This document shows, in pieces, positions 55,647-64,000 of a stretch of 64,000 bases of DNA. This DNA comes from Dehalococcoidia bacterium. Its GTDB lineage: Bacteria; Chloroflexota; Dehalococcoidia; Lucifugimonadales; UBA3495. The notes under the pieces are model-generated. The model ran no database searches, was not told where the DNA came from, and worked only from the letters and a program-made list of their open reading frames with translations. The stretch lies in NCBI GenBank assembly GCA_963668585.1, contig OY764869.1, positions 1,397,292 through 1,461,291 on the forward strand, in the 5' to 3' direction. The position numbers and the translations under genes are program-made. Each line of letters opens with the position of its first letter. Position 1 is the first letter of the stretch.

Positions 55647-56012
55647 TTGTCGATGAGCACGGAGACATATCAGCAGGCGAGTGAGCATCTGCTAGCCCGG
55701 GCTAGGAATGACCTCGCTGTCGGCGACCTTGCCCAGGCGTCCGAGAACGGATGGGGCGCCGCCGCCCAGATCCTCAAGGCCGTGGCCGAAGCGCGCGGCT
55801 GGGACCACGACCGGCGCCGCCACCTGTCCGCCGTGGCCAGCCGGCTGAGGGCGGAGACCGGCGACCGGGACATCTACCGGTTCTTCGCGGTGGCCAACCT
55901 GCTGCACGAGAACTTCTACGAGAACGAGATGGAAACCGACGACGTAGCAGACGGCCTGGACGACGTCGAGAACCTGATCGACCGGCTGCTACCCATGCTG
56001 ACCCAAACGTAG
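55647..56012 (+). CDS. PaREP1/HEPN-like family protein
   Basis: GDLAQASENGWGAAAQILKAVAEARGW...H..L......L...AVANLLHENFYENEM pattern. Confidence 0.5.
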   Translation: MSMSTETYQQASEHLLARARNDLAVGDLAQASENGWGAAAQILKAVAEARGWDHDRRRHLSAVASRLRAETGDRDIYRFFAVANLLHENFYENEMETDDVADGLDDVENLIDRLLPMLTQT

Positions 56013-57061
56013 TCCCTCGCCGACCAAACCAATATAGACTGCCAAAGCCCGCCGACCGAAATCAACGGGCTTTGTCCATAAGGTACAGCCCCTGGCGATC
56101 AGCCGTTGACTGCTGCCAATAGGAGTGCCCGATCTGTTCCGCCAAGCCTCTGAACGCCGCCGAACGCCTACGGTTCGCGGACGCGACAGCCACCGCCCAC
56201 ATCGACTCCGACGACCTGACCGACCGGCCGCCTCCCTGGTGAACGCACGGACACAACCGGGCCCCAGCCGAAAGATGAGGCGGGAGGTACCTGAGACGGG
56301 TGTGGACATGCGCTGCCCGCTCCAGACGCCGCCTGTATCTGCGTTTCCGCGCCGCGACGCACAGCAGCGACGCTGTGAGACCGTCCGAAGAAACGGTGGG
56401 GAGACCAGTTTCATCGGTACACCACACGCTCAACGGCAGCCGGTACGCCGCGATGAACTGGCGAGCGACCGGAGGCTCACAGTATAGTTCGACACCTCGA
56501 CAGCCTCGTCGGCCGGCGCGGACCGGCGGCACATCGTCCTCGGGGCCCCTCAGAGCGCCGTGGACGCAGTCGCAGCCGAGGAACACCAACTGGGGCAGCG
56601 AACCGCTCGACGCGGCAACCACGGCCAGCGCCAATCTCTCCAAGGGCGCGCGGGGACCCGAGGACTGGCGACCCGACGCCCGGTCGTACTGGTGCCAGTA
56701 CGCCATCGACTGGATCGCCATCAAGTCCACCTGGGAACTCACCGTCACGCAGGCCGAACGCGACGCTCTCGAGGAGATGCTCAACACTTGCAGGGAACCG
56801 CCAAACCTGTGGGTATCTCAAGGCAGCACCGCCCTACCACAGCACCGGAACCACATGCGACCGCCACGCCGACGGTGAAGACGTACAGCTCGTGCGACGC
56901 GGCACGGGCAACGGGCGAGACCCGCGTGCAGGGCAGCAAAGGCGGGAGAAGGTTCCCACCGCGGATGGCACCAAGTGCACGAGAAGGCAACGGAGGCGGT
57001 GTGGCCCGCGAGAAGTAAATCAGATCGTCGCGACAGCGGAAAACAGCAGTTGTCGCACGCT

Positions 57062-57895
57062 CTAGTCCAGCCCCACACGTCGCAGCGTGTATGCGTCCCC
57101 GGCCATAATTTCCCCAATCTTGGCCGGCAGGCCGCGAAAATCATCGGTCGACGCCGAAATCAACCTTCCGGTCAACGCTCCGCTTTCGTCTGAGGCCAGC
57201 CACACTGCCAGCTCGGCGCACTCGTCTATGGAGGCGCCGCCGCCCGACGTTACCCTCAGCCCGAGCTGATGGATGAAGTCCGCGCCCGCCTCGGCGGCCT
57301 GCTCGGTCATCTTGTCCCACATGCTGGTATGGACCGAGCCCGGCCCCAGGGCGTTCACCGCAATTCCCTTGCCGTCTAGTTCCTGCGCCAAAACTTCGGT
57401 AAGCCGCACCACCGCCGCCTTGCTGGAGCAGTAGGCCGACATGTTGCTCCACGCATTGGTCGCGCCGGCTCCCGACAGGTTGATGATCTTCCCTTCTGAC
57501 TGCGCCAGCATGACAGGAATGACAGCCCTGCACACCAGGAAGGTGCCGGTGAGGTTGACGCTGATGGTATTTACCCAATCAGCGATGTCGTTGCCCTGCA
57601 ACGGCCCGACGGGCCCAGAGATGCCGGCATTGTTGACCAGAACGTCAATACGTCCGAATCGCTCAACAGCCGTGTGGACCAACCGTTCTGTGTCCTTCTT
57701 GCTGGTAATGTCGGTGGGAACGGCGACCGCTTCAGCGCCCAGTTCCGAAACGGCACCGACGACCTTTAGCAACTCGGATTCGCTGCGTGCGGCGAGCGCC
57801 AGATTTGCGCCTTCACGGGCATAGGCCAAGGCGATAGCTCGCCCAATGCCCCGCCCGGCACCCGTGATGATTGCTACCTGACCATCCAGTTTCAT
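57062..57895 (-). CDS. SDR-family oxidoreductase
   Basis: ITGAGRGIGRAIA; NNAG; S...YCSSKAA catalytic pattern. Confidence 0.9.
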   Translation of the reverse strand: MKLDGQVAIITGAGRGIGRAIALAYAREGANLALAARSESELLKVVGAVSELGAEAVAVPTDITSKKDTERLVHTAVERFGRIDVLVNNAGISGPVGPLQGNDIADWVNTISVNLTGTFLVCRAVIPVMLAQSEGKIINLSGAGATNAWSNMSAYCSSKAAVVRLTEVLAQELDGKGIAVNALGPGSVHTSMWDKMTEQAAEAGADFIHQLGLRVTSGGGASIDECAELAVWLASDESGALTGRLISASTDDFRGLPAKIGEIMAGDAYTLRRVGLD

Positions 57896-58129
57896 CGTGT
57901 AACCTCCCGGGGAGTCCCAATCAAGGCGGGTGGAACATCGGAAAATCAACCCGTCGTTCCTGCGCGAGATTTTGGTCATACTAATCCCGGAACGCACTGC
58001 AGGCAAAACGGCAGAGGAGATCTTCCCCACAGGCCCTAGAACGCTCCCGGAGGCCGTTTCCAGCGGACATTCGGCGGGCTGATACGGCGATCCTACAACC
58101 ATCCACAAATCACGACCACCCGGCCACAG

Positions 58130-58154
58130 GGACAGGCAACAGCCTGTCCTTTTT
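58130..58154 (+). terminator. plus-strand rho-independent terminator 24 nt upstream of the 58178 start codon
   Basis: GGACAGGC-aaca-GCCTGTCC followed by TTTTT. No plus-strand gene lies upstream. Confidence 0.55.
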
Positions 58155-58177
58155 CTTTGGCTAACAAAGGAGCAGAA

Positions 58178-58630
58178 ATGCCGGCTCCCCGCATACTACC
58201 CCTGGGATTCATCGACAGAACCACCGACGACGGCGCAATCATGCTGCTAACCACGCCCAGCGAATCCCACGACCTGCGTGTCGAGACGGCGGTCACACTG
58301 GCCAGTCGGAGCATTGGACAAACCAACGCCACCGCCAGAGTACGCGGCATAATAACCGCCGTGGGCTACGTCACCGCCACCTTCAAGATGGTGGAGACCC
58401 AAAAGACATCCAACTGGCCCGAGGACGAGCAGGTGCTACAGCGGGGAACTCCCATATACCAAGCACTGCCCGGCAGCTTCACTCCCGACCCCGTGAGAAC
58501 AATCAGCAGGGAACAGGCGGAAAGTCTCAACAGGCTCGCAGCCCGGTACCGAGAAACCACCTACCCAACACCGCCGACCATCGTCACGCCACGCCAACCT
58601 CCAAGGAACGGCAGACACCCAGACCCATAG
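58178..58630 (+). CDS. hypothetical protein, 150 aa
   Basis: AAGGAG RBS; ORF only. Confidence 0.45.
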   Translation: MPAPRILPLGFIDRTTDDGAIMLLTTPSESHDLRVETAVTLASRSIGQTNATARVRGIITAVGYVTATFKMVETQKTSNWPEDEQVLQRGTPIYQALPGSFTPDPVRTISREQAESLNRLAARYRETTYPTPPTIVTPRQPPRNGRHPDP

Positions 58631-58709
58631 CCGTTCAGCAGCAAAACCGCATTCTTGACGAATACCGCGCATTCTGAAAAACTATTACTGAAGCAAGGAG
58701 AAAGATCAT

Positions 58710-59408
58710 ATGACTGACAAAACCGTCGTGGATGGCAGCTTGCCTTCGCTCGATGAAATCGTCCACTGCGCCAACTGCGGAGCCAGAATGGCGCACACCG
58801 GGCAAATCTACTACTGCCCAACCCCCTCGTCCGATTCTGGACGCGACTGTCCCACCAACCCGGTTGGCACGCAACTCCTGCTCCGCACAGTGTTCAACGG
58901 GCTGCTGAACAGGCTCGTCACCGATGACAAAGTTCTTCACCTGACCCAGGCCATCAAGGCAACCATCGAACCGCACGAGAATGCCCAGCGCAAGAGGATG
59001 GAACGCGCCGAGGCGGCTCTGGCAGACGCGAACGCCCAGGAACCCACCGTCTTCCAAGCCGCGGAAAACCGCACCAAGCATTACCAAGACACGACAACCG
59101 AGGTCGGCGCACTGGACCAGCTCACCGCGGCACGCGCCCTTGAGTCCATGGCCGCCCGTGACGAGCTGGACAAGATCTCCTTCATCAGCGACGAGCAGGG
59201 GATCCGGGATGATGCCACCAACCCGGCCACCTTCCTGGAAGGCAACAGCCTCGACGAGGCCCAAGAATTGCTGGACCTCCTGGTCGAGAAAATCATGGTC
59301 GACTCGAAGACCGCACTCATCGTGTACCAGGTCGATATGCCCACCGCCTCACCGTCGGAAACCATCAAAGAGGACCGCATGGAACTCTACCCCGCGTTCA
59401 TGCTCTGA
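58710..59408 (+). pseudogene. large serine recombinase fragment: zinc-ribbon plus coiled-coil C-terminal region only
   Basis: HCANCGARMAHTGQIYYCPT...DCP, a long coiled-coil, and LLVEKIMVDSKTALIVYQV parallel residues ~330-520 of the recombinase at 60596-63268. Has its own AAGGAG RBS. Confidence 0.55.
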
Positions 59409-59437
59409 CCAGGCATCAACACATAAAGAAAAAATAA

Positions 59438-59471
59438 GGAGCAACTCTCAAATCGAGAGTTGCTCCTTTTT
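59438..59471. terminator. bidirectional rho-independent terminator
   Basis: 12-bp stem GGAGCAACTCTC/GAGAGTTGCTCC, flanked by an A-run and a T-run. Confidence 0.75.
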
Positions 59472-59735
59472 ATGGGTCGGGAGTACTCACGGAGCAGACC
59501 ACCTGGTCAGTGGTCAATGCGACACCGACCCCAACGTTTCCATTAGGCTGCCAGCGACAGCCCCAAGCTCGCTCTAAACAGTATCACCTTCGTGCAAATC
59601 GAACGCTTCCGTGCAAATCAACGCTTCATGCTCTTTGGTCACTTGCGGCATTTCTTTCCCAAAGGTCCTCAATAGTCAATCTAACAGCGAACCCAGCGTT
59701 TTCCTTGGGCTGCCAGCGACAGCCCTAAACGTGCT

Positions 59736-60032
59736 CTAAACAGCGGCATCTTCGCCGGAATCGAAGGCTTCATATTCTTTAGCCACTCGCGGCATTTCTT
59801 CCCAGAGGTCCGAGGCCGATTCCTCTGATACGGGTTCTTCATCTCGAAGAGCCTTGAGCTTGGCGAACAGCGCACATCTCTGTTTCAAGACCGCTCTCAC
59901 CAGCACCTCGTCAGCCCGTATCAATTTGTCGTTGTCCGTATGGACAACTTTTTTGTTCACCTCCGGTCCGATGGTATGATCGTGTGCACGTTCGTTCATC
60001 TGATATACTGGCTCGAGCTTTGCTCCAGTCAT
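59736..60032 (-). CDS. small hypothetical protein divergent from the XRE gene; start uncertain
   Basis: ORF-track 59736-60068. cro/cI-like divergent arrangement. Confidence 0.4.
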   Translation of the reverse strand: MTGAKLEPVYQMNERAHDHTIGPEVNKKVVHTDNDKLIRADEVLVRAVLKQRCALFAKLKALRDEEPVSEESASDLWEEMPRVAKEYEAFDSGEDAAV

Positions 60033-60115
60033 CTCCTTTTTGGGTAGTCGATGCAAGCACCGCCGCACCTATTATAGCAGAGCGAACAGCAATTCCAGGG
60101 AAGGATGGCAGGAAA

Positions 60116-60583
60116 ATGGTCACGAAAGAACGGATTTCCGAAAAAGACGTAGACACCGAGGCCGAATCCCCACCAGACCAGAGGAACCCCAAAACCAGAC
60201 AGCGCCCGCCCATTGGCGAACTGCTCAAGCAGCTTCGCGGAACCAAGACACTCCGGCAGGTGGAAGCCGACACCGGGATCACCAACGCCTATCTGAGCAA
60301 CCTGGAACTCGGCCTCAAAAAGCCCGGCATGAGGACGTTGACCAAGCTCAGCCGCTACTACTCCGTATCCATGGACCACCTGCTCAGTGTCGCCGGCATG
60401 GAGGGAGAAGTCCCGCAACCAGCCGGCGCGGACTCGGTCATGGACATCCAGCGAGCGTTTGACTTCGTCATCACCGACCCCAACGTAGCCCACTATCAGA
60501 AGCCGGCAGACATCCTGCCACTCGATGCGCAGAAATTCGTCGTCCAGATCTACCAGCACTACACCGGTAGGAAACTCCTGTAA
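60116..60583 (+). CDS. XRE-family HTH regulator
   Basis: IGELLKQLRGTKTLRQVEADTGITNAYLSNLELGLKKPGMRTLTKLSRYY. Confidence 0.8.
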   Translation: MVTKERISEKDVDTEAESPPDQRNPKTRQRPPIGELLKQLRGTKTLRQVEADTGITNAYLSNLELGLKKPGMRTLTKLSRYYSVSMDHLLSVAGMEGEVPQPAGADSVMDIQRAFDFVITDPNVAHYQKPADILPLDAQKFVVQIYQHYTGRKLL

Positions 60584-60718
60584 GAGAGCAAAATAATGTC
60601 GCCTACCACCATGTACCATTCCGCCGCGCAACAGACTGCGGTACAACTGAACATCGCCAGAAAGGCCGTGAGATACCGCAGGGTGTCGGGTAAATCCCAA
60701 AAGGACAACTTCTCCCTA

Positions 60719-61561
60719 GGGAGTGTCGTCAAAACAATGTGAGGGTGATAGATTGGAGTGAGTTGGGAGAGTTTGGAGGGTGGGGAGTATGCGAGCAGCG
60801 CACCGGCGCCACGATATGACTGATGATGTTTGGGAGCGATTGAGGCCGCATCTGCCCGGGGGAGAGGGCAAGCAGGGCCGACCGGCCCATGACAACCGTC
60901 GGTTTATCGACGCCGTGTGCTGGATTTTGCGTACCGGAGCGCCCTGGCGGGATTTGCCGCCGGACTACGGAGACTGGAAGAACACTCACCGGCGGTTCTG
61001 CCGCTGGCGGGATCGGGGAGTGTGGGCCGGACTGCTGGAGGCGGTGATGGATGACCCTGATTTCGAATGGCTGATGATCGACGCCAGCTATATCAAGGCC
61101 CATCCCCATAGCGCTGGGGCCCGGGGCGGCAACCAGGCCATGGGCCGCACCAAAGGGGGCTGAACAGCAAGCTGCACCTGGCGGTGGACTCCCACGGCAT
61201 GCCGGTCAGGCTGGCCGTTACCGAGGGCACGGCAGCCGACTCCTCCCAGGCATTGCCTCTGATCCAGGGGATCGAGGCCCAGTGCCTGCTGGCGGACAGA
61301 GCCTACGACACCAATGAAATCATAGCCACGGCCCGGGAATTGGGCATGGACCCAGTGATACCACCGAAGAGGAACCGGAGGGAGCAGCGGGACCATGACC
61401 CGGCGCTGTACCGGTTGAGACACCTGGTGGAGAACGGTTTTCTGGAGTTCAAGCAGTGGCGCGGCGTGGCGACCCGTTATGCCAAGAGAGCCGCGTCTTA
61501 CCTGGCCATCTGCCAACTCCGGGCAGTGATGGTCTGGAGCAAACTCTTTTGACGACACCCC
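60719..61561 (+). mobile_element. complete IS5-family (IS427-group) element, 843 bp, with a CTA target duplication
   Basis: IRs GGGAGTGTCGTCAAAA (60719-60734) and TTTTGACGACACCCC (61547-61561). CTA at 60716-60718 and 61562-61564. Confidence 0.85.
60780..61552 (+). CDS. IS5/IS427-group transposase, orfA-orfB joined by a probable -1 frameshift near 61150-61163
   Basis: DDVWERLRPHLPG...RFIDAVCWILRTGAPWRDLP; DASYIKAH; ADRAYD; VENGFLEFKQWRGVATRYAK. orfB is in the -1 frame after AAAGGGGG. Confidence 0.85.
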
Positions 61562-63145
61562 CTACGAACCCAAGACGCACGTTCCGCGCAATACTGCGAA
61601 TCCAAGGGCCTAACTATCGACAAAATATTCACAGACGTGGGCACCGGATTATCCGCCACGGGACGCCGTGGATTCACCGGAATGTGCGACTACGTCTTCG
61701 ACAAAACAACCTGCGTTACCGACGTAGTCTTCAATGACATAGATCGCTTCACCCGAAACTTGGGGCATTTCATCGAATACACCGAGCGCATGGTCAATGC
61801 CGGCATCACATTGCACATAGCGATCGACGCCGAGGAATACGACTACTACTCGGCGGAGAAATGGATGGATCGAGCTGTCAGCGCACAGAAGGAAAGCAGG
61901 CGGATCTCCATACGCACCAAGGGTGGTCAGAGAACCGCCACAGAACTGGGTCACCACATCGGACCCGCGCCTTGGGGCTACATGCTCGAGCACGAGACGG
62001 ACGAGTTGGACGAGAACGGTTATCACGCCATCTGCGGCAAGCTGGTCCCAGACCCGGACCTATGGCCTCACGTCCTGGAGTTCTGGCGTTTGGCCGAAGA
62101 GGGCACCACACCAATGTCCCTCGCCCGACACATGCGTCTACAGGGTCTCCCGTCCCCCAGAGGGAAGGAATGGACTGGCGATACAGCGCGCGGGATCATG
62201 AAGAACCCGAAATATTTCGGCTTGCTCTTCCGTGGATCGAATCCCAAGTCCCGGATACCGGGACCCCAGGAAAATGCCCCACCTATCTTTCGGGAAGACA
62301 ACCATGAGGCAGCAGTCAGCCGTGAGGGCTGGGAAAAAGTAAACAAGGGAATCGCGAGCAGGCACAGGAGCCGAGCGCCAACCCGCTCTCACTCCAGCCC
62401 AAACCCTTTGAGCAACTTCCTCAAGTGCGGTCATTGCGCGCTCCTGGGAATAGACTCAAACCTTGAGTTGCAACGACAGAAAGGCAAATTGGTCGTACGC
62501 TGCTCGCGAAAGAAGAATATGGGCGCTGACGTATGCGATTTCAAGAGCGCCAACCTGATCACATTGCTGGAACGCATCAAAGACAGAGTGGTGCATCACT
62601 TCCTCACCCCGGAAACCCTCGCTAGGGTAGTTAGCGGCGTCGCCGAAGCCAGCAGACCGATGCTAGCACAACGGCAGACCCAATTAACCCATATCCGTGA
62701 ACGGAAGCAGGAGGTCAACACCGCGATCAAGAACATCAACGACGTGTTGAAAAAAGCTGGCGCTCAAGCCCCAAACCTGCAATCGCTCATAGACGACCTT
62801 GCCAACCTCGAGATTGAACGGGCAGACCTCGAAAAAGAAGGCAGCCAGATTGATGAGGCTACGGAAGAGGCTCTCCGCTTCGTGAACGACCCAGCCGGCA
62901 TCATCGAAACGGCCTTGGACTACAAGACCTGGACCAACCCTGAGGACCCGGAAGCGATCAAGGAGTTCTTGCAGATTTTCATCGAAAAAGTGGAAGTCTT
63001 TGAGCTCGAGGAAGGCGCCACGGACCAGCGTGCGGTGATCCACTACGACATACGAGCATTCGGCGCAGGAGCAAAAGGCGCCTCAGCCACCGAGACCATC
63101 CACATAGGTAAAAAAAAGTCCCTAAACGTGTCCGCAGATAATTGT

Positions 63146-63296
63146 GGTTTAGATGGGTTCACGGGGATAGACCCGGAGCGATTTATGCCACCCAGGACCG
63201 GAAACAGGTTCCCCCGCACGCGCGGGGATAGACCCGACGCATCAGCCTGGACCCGTTGGTTCAGGTAGGTTCCCCCGCACACGCGGGGATAGGCGA
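63146..63296 (+). CRISPR. orphan type I-E-like mini-array: 3 repeats (29 nt) and 2 spacers (32 nt)
   Basis: GGTTCCCCCGCACGCGCGGGGATAGACCC at 63207-63235. Variant GGTTCCCCCGCACACGCGGGGATAGGCGA at 63268-63296. Half-degenerate GGTTTAGATGGGTTCACGGGGATAGACCC at 63146-63174. Spacing is exactly 32 nt. No cas genes in the window. Confidence 0.7.
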
Positions 63297-63356
63297 GGGG
63301 CAGACAGTTCGTCCGCCCCTATGCACATTCATCCCGTCCATCATTGTGAGATGCGA

Positions 63357-64000
63357 CTACGCCCGCCGCAGGCCCAGGTGGTCGTAGCGGAAGCGCCGGT
63401 CGCCGATGCTGAACTCGAACCCGCCGCCGGCCGGCGCGGGCTCCACCGAATCAGGCGGCTCGATCCCTGGCAGCCACCGCGTTGATAGCGCGATGCGGTC
63501 GATAGCGCGTGATGCGTCAAAGGGGCTGGCGGCCTCCGGTTGGAACGTGATTTCCACCCGGTCGTCGCCCAGCCTGGTGCGTATCCGCTCGTCGTCGCTG
63601 GGGAACAACACGTCCAGGTTGTCAGTGAAGAATGACTTGTCCCGGCGAATGAGGTGTCCGCGCGCGGTCTGCACATCGGCGATGTGGCCGCCGGCGGTGC
63701 CGATGGAATGTTCCTTCCACTCGTCTCCCAATTCCTCAGTGATCCGCTCCAGAACCTCGGGATGGGTCGCCATCTCCACCAGTTCCCGATTCATCTCCGG
63801 TATGCGCCATTGGGAATACTGATCAACCAGCCGGCGGGTTGCCTCAAGGATGTGCAGGTTGCGGTACACGCCGCCGTGGGGCCCCAGCCCGTTGGCGGTA
63901 CCGCCGGAGGAGAGCAGCGGCGATAGGTCATCCCCCGGCGTGAGCACGATGCAGCGAGGCTCGGTGTAGTCGCCGGGTCGGGTTCCGTCATTCTGCCGAT
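63357..64000 (-). CDS. hypothetical protein, 5'-partial (continues past the window end)
   Basis: The reading frame stays open to position 64000. No family recognised. Confidence 0.45.
   Translation of the reverse strand, partial: RQNDGTRPGDYTEPRCIVLTPGDDLSPLLSSGGTANGLGPHGGVYRNLHILEATRRLVDQYSQWRIPEMNRELVEMATHPEVLERITEELGDEWKEHSIGTAGGHIADVQTARGHLIRRDKSFFTDNLDVLFPSDDERIRTRLGDDRVEITFQPEAASPFDASRAIDRIALSTRWLPGIEPPDSVEPAPAGGGFEFSIGDRRFRYDHLGLRRA

Larger units (their letters stand above)
60596..63268 (+). pseudogene. large serine recombinase interrupted after codon 41 by an IS; 3' end reads into CRISPR repeats
   Basis: 5' exon-like piece 60596-60718 (VRYRRVSGKSQKDNFSL, catalytic Ser motif) joins 61565-63268 (RTQDARSAQYCESKGLTIDKIFTDVG...) in frame once the IS and one CTA copy are removed. 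Confidence 0.8.

Noticed and set aside
56062-57018. Possible gene with an Excalibur-like C-terminus (KTYSSCDAARATGE...GNGGGVAREK), plus a 241-aa antisense ORF
   Set aside because: The motif is degenerate, the upstream reading frame is broken, and nothing coherent can be reconstructed by eye. It is at best a heavily decayed remnant.
1-64000. Search for tRNA, rRNA or tmRNA genes as integration targets for the recombinases
   Set aside because: I found no GTTCGAATC-type T-arm or cloverleaf candidates by eye. tRNAscan-SE or Infernal would be needed to be certain.

Overview
High-GC (by eye roughly 60-65%) bacterial accessory DNA. It is a mosaic of giant surface proteins, mobile-element debris, decayed genes and small defence-type modules. 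I recognised no rRNA or tRNA genes. Main content:

1. Three very large secreted or surface proteins: 7580-13853 (broken at a C7 tract), 25602-30962, and 45766-52662 on the minus strand. They are built from cadherin-like, FN3, Calx-beta and Ig-like modules. One carries a eukaryote-type SRCR domain.
2. A translationally coupled Ubl / E2-like / JAB-E1 operon (16122-18237). It sits divergently from an XRE + ImmA (CapH/CapP-like) pair and is followed by a C39/papain-like cysteine peptidase.
3. Four paralogous Cas4-like PD-(D/E)XK/Fe-S nuclease genes. Only one is intact.
4. Mobile elements: an IS701-like transposase, ISNCY and HTH fragments, a complete ISAs1 element, and a complete IS5/IS427-group element inserted cleanly into a large serine recombinase gene. 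Two further isolated serine-recombinase fragments are also present.
5. An orphan type I-E-like mini-CRISPR array (3 repeats, 2 spacers) that overlaps the 3' end of that recombinase ORF.
6. Two families of repeated non-coding elements: a ~126-nt 5' leader and a ~90-nt terminator-containing element.
7. Other genes: two-component systems, two Fic genes (one truncated and fused), HEPN/PaREP1-like small genes, NYN, an SDR and solute-binding proteins.

Pseudogenes are unusually frequent (LivJ-like SBP, NurA-like, alpha-carbonic anhydrase, HsdR_N-like). Some frameshifts sit in homopolymers and could be assembly errors. The domain repertoire and decay are reminiscent of host- or sponge-associated uncultured bacteria, but that is inference only. 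All family assignments come from motif recognition by eye, not from searches.
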